Shown: positions 26,927 through 36,504 of the stretch, one piece after another
How the letters are laid out: every line of letters begins with the position of its first letter
Numbering within the stretch: position 1 is the stretch's first letter
Assembly: GCA_963801165.1 (NCBI GenBank)
Contig: CAWDDT010000010.1
Coordinates: 1-64,000 of the forward strand
Direction: 5' to 3'
Length of the DNA: 64,000 nucleotides
Source: an uncultured bacterium
GTDB lineage: Bacteria; Actinomycetota; Acidimicrobiia; Spongiisociales; UBA5794
Translations under genes and position numbers: made by a program
The notes under the pieces: model-generated
Told to the model about the DNA's origin: nothing
Seen by the model: the letters and a program-made list of their open reading frames with translations, nothing else
Databases searched by the model: none

Positions 26927-27207
26927 GGAAGATCCTCGAAGTCGTCGTCCTCCGAGATCGGCGTCTCCCAAACGACGGGCCACGCCGGAAGTCCGGCCCG
27001 GGCGGCCGCGGCTTCGAAGACCTCCTGGGCACGTTCGAGGGCGTCGCCTGACGTAGGTGCCTCGATGACGATCTGGGCGCCGTAAGTAGTTGCCCCGATG
27101 CCGCTGGCGATCCCCTCGTAGGGAGCCACCGCGTCGGCCAATTCCAGGATCTCCTCATGAGCCATGGGACGATCTCCTTGGGCCCTCAGCGATACGCTCC
27201 AACGCAC
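26923..27207 (-). CDS. Small acidic hypothetical protein in the cox accessory operon
   Basis: GTG start with AGGAG RBS just after the coxE stop; MRWSVSLRAQGDR...GLPAWPVV. Confidence 0.7.
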   Translation of the reverse strand: MRWSVSLRAQGDRPMAHEEILELADAVAPYEGIASGIGATTYGAQIVIEAPTSGDALERAQEVFEAAAARAGLPAWPVVWETPISEDDDFEDLP

Positions 27208-27215
27208 GGTGACTC

Positions 27216-28343
27216 CTATCGGATGCCGGGGAGAGTTGTCGCGAACTCTTCGAGGCTCTCCAGATTGTGCCCCGACCATAGGAGGTCGATGTGGGGAAGC
27301 GCCACCGACATGCCCAGGCTCGTGGCCGAGAGCCCGCCAGGTGCATACATGGGATTCATCCAGATGATGCGGTGGCACAAACGGCCGAGCCGCGCCAGCG
27401 CATCGTCGAGGAGGGCCGGGTCGCCACGATCCAGGCCATCGGAGCAGATGATGACGAAGGCTCCGCGTGCCATCCCACGCCTTGCATAGCGGCGGACGAA
27501 CTCGTCGAGCGAGGCTCCGATGCGGGTTCCGCCCGCCCAATCGACAACCTCTTCACCGGCCCGTTCGAGCGCCTCGTCCGGTTTGCGGCGGCGTAGCGAC
27601 GGTGTGATGCGGGTGAGATGCGTACCGAAGCAGAACACCTCGACCCGGCTGGTCGCCGTACGAGTGGAATGGGCAAACTGGAGAAGGTTGCGCGAATAGT
27701 CGGCCATCGAACCGGATATGTCGAGGATGAGCACGAGCGGCCGGGCACGTTGGCGACGCTGTCTCCACCAGAGATCCCCGGGCTCACCGTGGGAGCGCAT
27801 CGTCTCCCTCGCCATCCTGCGGAGATCGAGCCGCCGACCGCGCGTCGATCCGCGGTGGCGGCGGGTCCGGCGAAGAGGCGGGGCGGCTCTGAGCTTTGCG
27901 ATGATTCGGCGCAGCGACTCGAGTTCATCCTCGGTGCACTCTGCGAACGACTTCGAATGGTTGACGATTACCGCAGAGGCCTCGGCGCCGAGGCGTGTCT
28001 CGTTCTGATCCTCACCCTCCTCGGGCTGCTCGCCGGAAGGCACATCGAACACGGCGTCGACACCGCGGGCGGCCAGCTGCGGCGGTACGCTCGGCGTGCG
28101 CGTTTCGGTGTTGCCGCCGAGGAAGTACTCGGTGAAGCAAGCGTCGTAGATGGGGATCTGATTGCGACCGTGGACCAGCGTGACCCGACCCGCCCAATAG
28201 ACATCCTCCATCCGGGCGGGATCGAGAAGCGCCGCCGCGGTGGTGAACGCCATCGCATCGTCCGTACCCACCGGAAGGTCGTGTTGCCGGACGAACGTGC
28301 AGAACCCGAGGAGCGTACCGAGGGGTCCCCGGTCATCCTCCAC
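27216..28343 (-). CDS. coxE: CoxE-like VWA-domain protein
   Basis: LDLRRMARETMR, MIDAS DISGSM, VEVFCFGTHL, WAGGTRIG, SDGLDRG. Confidence 0.9.
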   Translation of the reverse strand: MEDDRGPLGTLLGFCTFVRQHDLPVGTDDAMAFTTAAALLDPARMEDVYWAGRVTLVHGRNQIPIYDACFTEYFLGGNTETRTPSVPPQLAARGVDAVFDVPSGEQPEEGEDQNETRLGAEASAVIVNHSKSFAECTEDELESLRRIIAKLRAAPPLRRTRRHRGSTRGRRLDLRRMARETMRSHGEPGDLWWRQRRQRARPLVLILDISGSMADYSRNLLQFAHSTRTATSRVEVFCFGTHLTRITPSLRRRKPDEALERAGEEVVDWAGGTRIGASLDEFVRRYARRGMARGAFVIICSDGLDRGDPALLDDALARLGRLCHRIIWMNPMYAPGGLSATSLGMSVALPHIDLLWSGHNLESLEEFATTLPGIR

Positions 28344-29214
28344 CGACGATGCTCCCGGCCCGTCGTGAGACGACTTCGAGGTCGTCCCGATCTTTGATCA
28401 CCGACCCCAGCGAGTACATGAGGGTGCCTTCATCGAGATCACCGGCGCCGAGCGCCTGTAGCGCCTCGACCCAGTCGATCGTCTCCGCCACGCCCGGTGG
28501 CTTGGCGAGATCGAGCCCACGAAGGCGATGCACCGCAGCAACCGCCTTGGCGGCGAGGGTCTCGGGGACGTCGGGGATCCGGGACCGGACGATCTCCTCT
28601 TCGCGCTCCGCGGTCGGGTAGTCGATCCAGTGGTACAGGCAGCGGCGCTTCAGCGCATCGTGTAGCTCCCTCGTCCGGTTCGATGTGAGGACGACCAGCG
28701 GGCGAGACGTGGCCTTGATCGTGCCGACCTCCGGAATCGTCACCTGGAAGTCGGAGAGCAACTCGAGGAGGAACGCCTCGAACTCGTCGTCGGCGCGGTC
28801 GACCTCGTCGATGAGCAGGACACAGCTGTTGCCCGCTCGCACCGCCTCGAGAAGCGGGCGCTCGAGCAGGAACTTCTCGCCAAAGAGCACATCGACGGAG
28901 CGTTCGTCGGTGAGCTGGTGCTCGGACAGCGCCCGAATGTGGAGCATCTGGCGCGCATAGTCCCACTCGTAGAGGGCCTGGTTGGTGTCGATCCCCTCGT
29001 AGCACTGGAGGCGGATCAAGCGGCGGGAGAACACGGTGGCCAGCGTCTTGGCCAACTCGGTCTTGCCGACGCCCACCTCACCCTCGAGGAGGAGGGGGCG
29101 GCCGAGAGTGATGGCGATGTACGCGGCCGTACTCAGTCCGCGGTCGGGGAGATAGCCGTCGCTGCGGAGCATCGCATCGAGCGCAGAAACGCTTTGCGGC
29201 ATCGAGGTGTTCAC
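28333..29214 (-). CDS. coxD: CoxD-like MoxR AAA+ ATPase
   Basis: LLLEGEVGVGKT, RLQCYEG, LLIDEVDRAD, TSNRTRELHDALKRRC; start 29202 or 29214. Confidence 0.92.
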   Translation of the reverse strand: MNTSMPQSVSALDAMLRSDGYLPDRGLSTAAYIAITLGRPLLLEGEVGVGKTELAKTLATVFSRRLIRLQCYEGIDTNQALYEWDYARQMLHIRALSEHQLTDERSVDVLFGEKFLLERPLLEAVRAGNSCVLLIDEVDRADDEFEAFLLELLSDFQVTIPEVGTIKATSRPLVVLTSNRTRELHDALKRRCLYHWIDYPTAEREEEIVRSRIPDVPETLAAKAVAAVHRLRGLDLAKPPGVAETIDWVEALQALGAGDLDEGTLMYSLGSVIKDRDDLEVVSRRAGSIVGGG

Positions 29215-29236
29215 GCGCCCGGCCTGGTGCACTGAC

Positions 29237-29488
29237 TCAAGCGTCTTGCGGACCGAGTACGAGCTCGCGCAGGCTGGCGCTGTCGCCGGAGAGCTTGCCA
29301 TCGCGCTCCAGCGTTTCTCGCCACGCGCTTCGCAGATCGGTCCCGGGAGCAGCAAACCCGTCAAAGCTCATGCCGACCACATTGCGGCACACCTTGGTCG
29401 GGCTGCAATCGGCATCCAACAGGACCTGATCGTCCGCTGGTGACGACCACATCGAGGTGGCATCGTCGGGTTGGCGTCGCTGGTCCAT
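29237..29488 (-). CDS. Small hypothetical protein in the cox accessory operon
   Basis: AAGGAG RBS; fills the gap between the XdhC gene and coxD. Confidence 0.55.
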   Translation of the reverse strand: MDQRRQPDDATSMWSSPADDQVLLDADCSPTKVCRNVVGMSFDGFAAPGTDLRSAWRETLERDGKLSGDSASLRELVLGPQDA

Positions 29489-29532
29489 GTTGTCTCCTTA
29501 CCGACCAAATGTAGCAGCCAATCAAGCCCGAA

Positions 29533-30396
29533 TCAGCGGTGTTCCTGCTGAGAGTGCTGTGCCGAGATGGCCTCTGCCACGATCGAGATGGCAATTTCGG
29601 GCGGGCTGGATGCACCGATAGAGAGCCCGGCCGGCCCCCGGACACGCTCATCCCAGCCGACGTCACGATACGCCAACCATTGTCTCCGCAGCTCCTGCAT
29701 ACGCGGCGATCCGATCGAGCCGATGTATCCCGCTCCCGACTCGATGGCGGCCTGGAGGGCCCGTCCCGCCGTTTCGACGTCGTGCCCCATCACGATGACC
29801 GCATCGATCGGGGCAAGCGTCGCCATCAACCCGGCGGCTGCACTCACGTCGGCGAACACCGAAGCCTGCCAGCCGATGAGTGCGAATGCATCGCCCAGCG
29901 CAGCAGCGATTGGTCCGGCCCCTGAGATCACGACGCGAGTCACCGGGACGAGCGAGGTCACGAGGCGGTCGGCGGAGAGCTCGATGCCCGGAGCATCGGG
30001 TTCGAGTTGGTCGGGTTGATCGAGGTGTCTTCCGTCGACCCGCAGTGCGAATCGTGTCGCCCGGCGCGCCGTCAGGTCCTCCCAGACGTCGATGGGAAGG
30101 GCGCTCCCGGCGATCAGCGCCAGAGTGACGGTCGTACCTTCGGGTTGTCCGGTGATAAGGGCCTCCACGGGCCCGAGGGTGACTTCGACGAGCCGGCCGC
30201 CGTCGTCGAGGCCACGGACGGCTTCGGCTATCGCATGGTCGAGTGCCCCGCCCATCAGGCTGCCCATCCGCCCCCCACCGGGGGTGATGGCGACGGCTTC
30301 TCCGGGGTCGGCGGGCGTGGGGGAGACCACCCAGGCGACATGGACGGCCGTGCCGGCGCGCAGACACGAGAGCACGCTCAGTGCGACGTCATACAC
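29533..30396 (-). CDS. Second XdhC/CoxI-family protein
   Basis: GTG start with GGAGG; TPGGGRMGSLMGG, AGYIGSIGS, GPAGLSIGASSPPEIAISIVAE. Confidence 0.85.
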   Translation of the reverse strand: MYDVALSVLSCLRAGTAVHVAWVVSPTPADPGEAVAITPGGGRMGSLMGGALDHAIAEAVRGLDDGGRLVEVTLGPVEALITGQPEGTTVTLALIAGSALPIDVWEDLTARRATRFALRVDGRHLDQPDQLEPDAPGIELSADRLVTSLVPVTRVVISGAGPIAAALGDAFALIGWQASVFADVSAAAGLMATLAPIDAVIVMGHDVETAGRALQAAIESGAGYIGSIGSPRMQELRRQWLAYRDVGWDERVRGPAGLSIGASSPPEIAISIVAEAISAQHSQQEHR

Positions 30397-30723
30397 GATG
30401 CCTCCAAAGTCGGGAGGCCAGTATGCCAGGGATCGGAATCGGGTTGGGTCGTATCCGTTCGGCGAAGCGGTGGGCACCGATCTGGGGCATGTTGTCGGGG
30501 TAATCGCTTCTCAAACGGTCGATACCTGCTACTGTTTCATCCGCCGCACCGGGTGGAGGCCAGCGCACTGTCGCTTCCCTGGTGGTTGAACGGCAAGATT
30601 CTCTCATCCGGTTGGACCGCCTCTTCGGCCGAAGCTCGAACGTGTTGGCTATACCGGCGGCGCGTTCGCGGCGAGACCGAACGAATACAACCAATCTGCC
30701 CCGCAGCGGGCCAGGAGAACACG

Positions 30724-32211
30724 ATGTCCACCAGCTTTGCCGACCTCGGGCTGCCCGAGAAGATCATTCATATGCTCAGTCAGCGCAAAATCACAGAACC
30801 ATTCCCCATACAGGAGGCCGCCATCCCGGACGCGCTTGCCGGCCACGACATCTGCGGCAAGGCACCTACCGGGTCGGGCAAGACGCTCGCCTTCGGGCTG
30901 CCGCTGCTGGCGCGTGTCGACCAGGCTGACCGGAACCGTCCCGCGTCGCTGATCCTCGCGCCGACCCGCGAGCTCGCCGAGCAGATCAAGAAGGAGCTGA
31001 CGGCTCCCGGCAAGGCGATGCACCGACATGTGTCTGCCGTGTACGGCGGTGTCGGCTACGGTCCGCAGCGCTCCGCGCTTCGCCGGGGCGTCGATGTGCT
31101 CGTCGCTACACCGGGTCGTCTCGAAGACCTCATGGAGCAGGGAGATGTCGATCTCGGCCGCGCCACCATCGTGGTGGTCGACGAGGCCGACCGTATGGCG
31201 GACATGGGATTCATGCCGGCTGTGCAACGGATCCTCGACAAGACCGCCGCACGCCGGCAGATGATGCTGTTCTCGGCGACTCTCGACGGTGACATCGCGC
31301 TCCTCAGCAAGAAGTACCAAACGAACCCGATCCGTCACGAAGCCGCCGCGGTCGAGGCCGAGCTGATCGACGCTCGGCACCTCTTCTGGCGGGTGGATCA
31401 CAACGATCGGGTCAAGCACGCCGCCGATGTCGTCGGCTCGTCAGGTCGATCCATCATCTTCACACGGACTCGCCACGGTGCGGACCGGCTCGCCAGGCAG
31501 CTGGGCACACTCGGTGTCGATGCCGTGGCGATGCACGGTGGGCGTTCGCAGAGCCAGCGCAGCCGGGCGCTGCAGAGCTTTTCGTCTGGCAGGGCCCAGG
31601 CCCTGGTTGCTACTGACGTCGCGGCCCGCGGCATCCATATCGACGCTGTCGAGTCCGTCATCCATTTCGATCCACCGGCAGACCACAAGGACTACCTGCA
31701 CAGGTCGGGGCGCACGGCCCGCGCCGGTGCCAGCGGTGTCGTCGTCAGCCTCGTCACCTCGAGCCAGCAGAAGGTGGTTCGCCAGATGCAGCGAGACCTC
31801 AACCTCGATGCTCCGATCGAATCGCCTCGCCTCGACGAGTTGGAGAGCGGTGGCTACCGGGTCGGGGAGCCGTCGCCCGGGGGTCCCCGGGAAAGCTCAA
31901 GGCGCCGGCCCGAGGGCAGAGCACCAGCACCGAAGAAACCGCGCAAAACCGAGACGTCCAACAGTCTCTATGTCGCCAACCTGCCCTGGAGCGCAACCGA
32001 GCGGGACGTCGAGGCCCTATTCGGCCGCTTCGGTAAGGTCCATCAGGCGACTGTTATCACCGACAGGCGCACCGGCCGGTCCAAGGGATATGGCTTTGTC
32101 GACATGGCGGACACCTCCGCCCGAGAGGCTCTGGCCGCGTTGAACGGCTCATCCATGAATGGCCGGGACCTCATGGTCAAGTTCGCTGAGCCGCGCCGCT
32201 TCGGTGGGTGA
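30724..32211 (+). CDS. DEAD-box RNA helicase with C-terminal canonical RRM
   Basis: Q motif, APTGSGKT, PTRELA, DEAD, SAT, HRSGRTAR; RNP2 LYVANL and RNP1 RSKGYGFV. Confidence 0.93.
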   Translation: MSTSFADLGLPEKIIHMLSQRKITEPFPIQEAAIPDALAGHDICGKAPTGSGKTLAFGLPLLARVDQADRNRPASLILAPTRELAEQIKKELTAPGKAMHRHVSAVYGGVGYGPQRSALRRGVDVLVATPGRLEDLMEQGDVDLGRATIVVVDEADRMADMGFMPAVQRILDKTAARRQMMLFSATLDGDIALLSKKYQTNPIRHEAAAVEAELIDARHLFWRVDHNDRVKHAADVVGSSGRSIIFTRTRHGADRLARQLGTLGVDAVAMHGGRSQSQRSRALQSFSSGRAQALVATDVAARGIHIDAVESVIHFDPPADHKDYLHRSGRTARAGASGVVVSLVTSSQQKVVRQMQRDLNLDAPIESPRLDELESGGYRVGEPSPGGPRESSRRRPEGRAPAPKKPRKTETSNSLYVANLPWSATERDVEALFGRFGKVHQATVITDRRTGRSKGYGFVDMADTSAREALAALNGSSMNGRDLMVKFAEPRRFGG

Positions 32212-32229
32212 CGCAGTCCGCACGACGGC

Positions 32230-32338
32230 GTAACTGCGAAGAGCGGTAACTGCGAAGAGCGGTAACTGCGAAGAGCGGTAACTACGAAGAGCCGTAACTA
32301 CGAAGAGCCGTAACTACGAAGAGCCGTAACTACGAAGA
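32230..32338. repeat. Tandem repeat, ~7 x 16 bp GTAACT(G/A)CGAAGAGC(G/C)
   Basis: Three G/G-type copies then four A/C-type copies (last one partial). Confidence 0.95.
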
Positions 32339-32359
32339 AATGAATCAAAGGAATACCGA

Positions 32360-32572
32360 ATGACGGTAGAACACACCTCGCGCTCACGCGCCGACCTCAA
32401 CAACCTCCGCAGGGGGACCACATACATCGCCACCACGGCCACGGGCACAACCGTCGGTGAGTATCTCGGGATGGAGGCGCCCTACGGCGCCCGTGCCGTT
32501 TTGCTCCGCGACCCGGCCGGGACGGAGTCGATCAACCAAAACGAGATCGTGTCCATCGAACCTGCCGCCTAG
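32360..32572 (+). CDS. Small hypothetical protein (70 aa)
   Basis: AAAGGA RBS; plausible beta-rich composition. Confidence 0.6.
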   Translation: MTVEHTSRSRADLNNLRRGTTYIATTATGTTVGEYLGMEAPYGARAVLLRDPAGTESINQNEIVSIEPAA

Positions 32573-32603
32573 CGGGTGCCTGCCCGCGTAGTGTGGGTAT
32601 CGC

Positions 32604-33112
32604 ATGATTCGCGCCTACGTCGATGACGACCTGGACGAGCTGCTCGGTGTCTGGTACGCGGTATCGGTGAGCGCACACTCATTTCTCACCGAAGAGTTCC
32701 TTGCGACGGAGCGGCGCCAGATTGCCGAGCGCTGGCTCCCCATCTCCGAGACGATGGTCCACGACACCGGGGGACGTGTTGTCGGGTTCCTCTCGCTGAT
32801 CGGCACCGAGGTCGGCGGTATCTTCGTCGATCCCGACTGCCAGCGACGGGGTATCGCCACGGCCCTCTGGACGCCGCTCTCGTCACATGCCCGGTCCTCG
32901 AACTGAGCGTGTTCGAAGCCAACGCGATCGGCCGCAGCTTCTACGAGGCATATGGCTTCGAGCCGGTAGACAGACGGATCAATGAGGAGACGGGGTACCC
33001 CGAGCTGCGTCTCCGTTACGAACCAGACGACCTGAATCGCCCGGCCGCCGACCGCCCAGCCCGCGGGCGCTTTCGCGGGCTATCCGGCGGTGGGCTCGCT
33101 GGGGGCAGGTAG
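32604..33112 (+). pseudogene. GNAT acetyltransferase (YjaB-like), split by a 1-nt frameshift near 32868
   Basis: AHSFL...VVGFLSL...IFVDP..QRRGIATAL, continuing in another frame as DAAL...LELSVFEANAIGRSFYEAYGF. Confidence 0.8.
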
Positions 33113-33874
33113 ATCGACACCGCTGAGCCGGGCGCACGCCTCCACCAGTCCATGTTGGGACGCCTCGACCGTAGCCGGTCCGGGAAAGCTCAACCCGGCC
33201 ATGTGCCGCATGAACCGCCCGGAGCGAAGGGCAGCCGGATCGTCGCTCGTGGCCAGCCACACCTGGGTCGCTGCTCCCGTGCGGACATCGGTTGGAGCGC
33301 CGGCGCCACCCATCCGTGTCTTCACCCAGCCCGGGCAGACGGCGGATACCAAGGTGTCGGGATACCGCCGGGCGATCGCCAGCGACAGTGCCAGCAGACA
33401 CACCTTCGAGTCCTGGTAGGCGCCTGTTCCCGACCAGGGGCGGTGATCTCTTTGCAGGTCGTCGAGCACGATGTCGCCGCCGGACGCCATGCCCGACGAG
33501 ATGTAGATGAGGCGGGACGGGAGCGGGATGCGGCCGGTGAGCACATACGGGGCAAGCACGTTGACCTGAAATGTGCGCTCCAGCCCGTCGTCCGTGTCGA
33601 CCCGCCCGCCCGATTCGTATACCCCGGCGTTGTGTATCACGGCGTCGAGCGGCCCGTAGGTCTCGATCGCCTCGGCGACAGCGCTTGTCTCGACCAGGCT
33701 CGTCAGATCGCCAATGATCACGGGCGTATCGAGCGAAGCGCGGACATCCGCAGCTCGCTCGTCGTTGCGGGCATGCACGATGGCTCTGTGGCCTGATTCG
33801 AGAAGCATCTCGGCCGTCGCCAGGCCGATGCCCTCCGTTGAGCCGGTTACGAAGACCGTCTTGGTGGAACTCAC
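33080..33874 (-). CDS. Short-chain dehydrogenase/reductase
   Basis: VTGSTEGIG, IHNAG, YQDSK, PGWVKTRMGG. Confidence 0.88.
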   Translation of the reverse strand: MSSTKTVFVTGSTEGIGLATAEMLLESGHRAIVHARNDERAADVRASLDTPVIIGDLTSLVETSAVAEAIETYGPLDAVIHNAGVYESGGRVDTDDGLERTFQVNVLAPYVLTGRIPLPSRLIYISSGMASGGDIVLDDLQRDHRPWSGTGAYQDSKVCLLALSLAIARRYPDTLVSAVCPGWVKTRMGGAGAPTDVRTGAATQVWLATSDDPAALRSGRFMRHMAGLSFPGPATVEASQHGLVEACARLSGVDLPAPSEPTAG

Positions 33875-34578
33875 ACCTTGCCGAACACGGGGATGGTCGC
33901 GCCGTTGATGATCTCCGACGCAGGGCTGAGCAGGAAGTCGAGTACCTCGGCGATCTCGCCCGGCTTGGGCCAGTGCATGTAGTCGGCGTAGGGGAGTGCC
34001 CGCCTCGTCGCCTGGGTATCGATGAGCGAAGGCACCAGCACATTGGCCGTCACGTTCGTGTCGTCGAGCTCCTTGGCCAGCGTCTGCACAAGGGAGGTGA
34101 CAGCCGCCTTGGACGCATTGAACATGGCCTGTCCGGCGGGATTGTCGGTAGCAGCCCGGCTCCCGATGGCGACGATCCGACCCCACTCCACGTCGCGGAT
34201 GTACGGCAGGGCCGCCCGCAAGACATAGAAGGTCGACCTGAGGTTGAGGTCGATCATCCTGTCGAAACGGACCGGGTCGGTCTCGGCAACGTCGCGGCCC
34301 CCCGCCCACCCCCCGACGAGTGCAGTCACCACGTTCGGCGGTCCGAAGATCGCGACGACGTCTTTGAACATGGACTCGACCGCCTCGGCGTCGGTGCAAT
34401 CACAGCGGCGCAGGATCAGGCGGTCCTCATCGAGATCGAGCTCGTCCTCGAGCTTGCGAGCTTCTTCTGGAATCAGGTACGTGGCGGCGATCTTGAAGTC
34501 GCGCCGTACGAGATAGGGGATAAGAGCGCGGCCGACACCTCCGGTGCCGCCGGTGACGACAGCTACGTTCTCTTGCAT
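33871..34578 (-). CDS. Short-chain dehydrogenase/reductase (FabG-like)
   Basis: VVTGGTGGVG; FNASK in place of YxxxK; PSLIDT. Confidence 0.85.
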   Translation of the reverse strand: MQENVAVVTGGTGGVGRALIPYLVRRDFKIAATYLIPEEARKLEDELDLDEDRLILRRCDCTDAEAVESMFKDVVAIFGPPNVVTALVGGWAGGRDVAETDPVRFDRMIDLNLRSTFYVLRAALPYIRDVEWGRIVAIGSRAATDNPAGQAMFNASKAAVTSLVQTLAKELDDTNVTANVLVPSLIDTQATRRALPYADYMHWPKPGEIAEVLDFLLSPASEIINGATIPVFGKV

Positions 34579-34619
34579 GGCAGACAGCCTAGTGGCGCAG
34601 GCAAAAACCGCACGCTTGC

Positions 34620-35720
34620 CTACACGTCGATGGCAACAATCCCCAACCGCGCCAGTGCGGACTCGAGCAAATCGGGATCGGCCACCGAGTGCATCGCAGC
34701 GGCACCACGGAACTGGTTGGTCCCTGCTGTGATCATGTCGCACAGAGCCGTCGCCGGAAATGCCGTCGTCCGGGCGAGCGAAGAAAACCGATCGTCGCTA
34801 CGGGCTTCAACTCGACGCTCGCGGCGATAGCCGGGCGCCGACGCTACGACACTGATCAACGTGACGTCGGGAGCCCCGGACGGGAGGTTCTCGGTCAGCA
34901 ATTCGATCAGCAAGTCCCGCGGTGCGACACCGTTGGCGCGTTGCTCGGTCGCAAAGAAACCGATCTCGCGGAGCGCGGCGAACACGACCCCGTGGCCCCA
35001 GTACCGGATTGTCTTGTACTCGAGGCCGTTGAGTCGGCCCTGGTACTCGAGACACATGGTCGAGGTTCCACCGGCGGTCGAGAAAGCCTCCAACTCCCCG
35101 AAGCCCGGCCAGATGACGCGTTCGGTGCGCCCGAGCGGTTCGACGGTCGTTGCCACGCCGCCGGCGATGATCTCGCATGGCTCGGCATATTCGTTGATCA
35201 GACCTCCGGCATAGAACGCCAGTTGATAGCCGAGGCTGCCGATCGGCTCTTGCGGGAGCACTCCTACCCGGATCTGGACGTCGAGGCCCTCGGCCGGCGC
35301 CCCGGCAATCATGCCGGCGGCGAGGACGTTGGCGTAGCCGGGTGCCAGCCCGCAGTCGGGAACCACGGCAACATTCGCATCACGAGCCGCAGTGTCCAGC
35401 CGGAGTTGCCGTTGGACGATGCTCGGGTTGCCGCCGAAGTCGAAATAGTGGCACCCGTTGCCGACTGCCGCAGTCGCCAGACCTTCGCCGTACAGATACG
35501 GAACTGCCGAGACGACACAGTCGACGGCAGCCAGCGCCTCATCGATGGCCGCGGAGTCGGTGACGTCGACCTGACTCCATGCTACCCCCAGCTCGTCGCC
35601 GACGTCCCGGGCCGCTTCTAGAGAGACGTCTGCGACGGTGACTTCGTGTCCCCGACGATCGAGATCCGAGGCGGCTGCTCTGCCAACGATCCCGGCACCG
35701 AGTACCAATGACCGGGTCAC
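34620..35720 (-). CDS. Saccharopine dehydrogenase/lysine 6-dehydrogenase family
   Basis: VLGAGIVG, HYFDFGGN, DCGLAPG, GLINEY, YKTIRYWGH. Confidence 0.88.
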   Translation of the reverse strand: MTRSLVLGAGIVGRAAASDLDRRGHEVTVADVSLEAARDVGDELGVAWSQVDVTDSAAIDEALAAVDCVVSAVPYLYGEGLATAAVGNGCHYFDFGGNPSIVQRQLRLDTAARDANVAVVPDCGLAPGYANVLAAGMIAGAPAEGLDVQIRVGVLPQEPIGSLGYQLAFYAGGLINEYAEPCEIIAGGVATTVEPLGRTERVIWPGFGELEAFSTAGGTSTMCLEYQGRLNGLEYKTIRYWGHGVVFAALREIGFFATEQRANGVAPRDLLIELLTENLPSGAPDVTLISVVASAPGYRRERRVEARSDDRFSSLARTTAFPATALCDMITAGTNQFRGAAAMHSVADPDLLESALARLGIVAIDV

Positions 35721-36481
35721 GGTGTGATCCTTTTGAACGACTCTGCGGCGCCGAGACCCACAGCCGCACCCTGGTTGCGCGCCCACTCGGTCATCCTGGC
35801 GACGAATACGTCCCGATTCTCGTCGCTTAGCTCGGCCCCGCCCATCGTCGTTGTGCCCTGCGAGGAATGGCAGAGAAGCGCCGCGATCTTGTCATCGAAG
35901 GCCATAGTGATGTCCTCCCAGTGGTCGGGTTCGTCGGCCGACCAGAGTAGGACCGCGGCGGGCCGGTGGGCGGGCAAATCCAGCTCGGGGAAAAAGAGGT
36001 GATCGCGAGCGGCGATGACACCGTCCATGACGGCCCAGCCGGTGGCGCGATGGTCGGGGTGCAGCTGGTATCGCTGCCACGGATCGTGGCTCAGTACCAC
36101 ATCCGGTCGCACCTCCCGGATCTGCCGGCACATCTCCCGGCGCAAATCCATCGAGTACTCGAGCTCGCCGTCGACGCGCTCGAGGTGGCGCACCTCGTGA
36201 GCGCCGAGCCGATCGGCGGCGGCCTTTTGTTCAGCAATGCGGGTTGCTGCCAGTTCGGCCGGGTCGGTCTGGGGATCCCAGGAACCCTTGGAGCCATCGG
36301 TGACGACCAGCATGGTGACCCGGCAACCGGCGGCGGCCCACTTGGCGAGGGTGCCTCCCGAACCGAACTCGATGTCGTCGGGGTGTGCCCCGATAGCGAG
36401 GGCGCGGTCCGGGACCGCGAGTGGAGCCGGGCGCTTGTCGAGCTCGTCGTAGACACCGGTTCCGGCAGATGTATCGGTCAT
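35717..36481 (-). CDS. PIG-L family deacetylase
   Basis: AHPDDIE, TDGSKG, HPDHR. Confidence 0.9.
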   Translation of the reverse strand: MTDTSAGTGVYDELDKRPAPLAVPDRALAIGAHPDDIEFGSGGTLAKWAAAGCRVTMLVVTDGSKGSWDPQTDPAELAATRIAEQKAAADRLGAHEVRHLERVDGELEYSMDLRREMCRQIREVRPDVVLSHDPWQRYQLHPDHRATGWAVMDGVIAARDHLFFPELDLPAHRPAAVLLWSADEPDHWEDITMAFDDKIAALLCHSSQGTTTMGGAELSDENRDVFVARMTEWARNQGAAVGLGAAESFKRITP

Positions 36482-36504
36482 GGGCGGAGGCTAGTGCGAA
36501 AGCC

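Noticed and set aside
29237-29488. MoaD/ThiS sulfur carrier
   Set aside because: Lacks the C-terminal Gly-Gly and the ubiquitin-like pattern.
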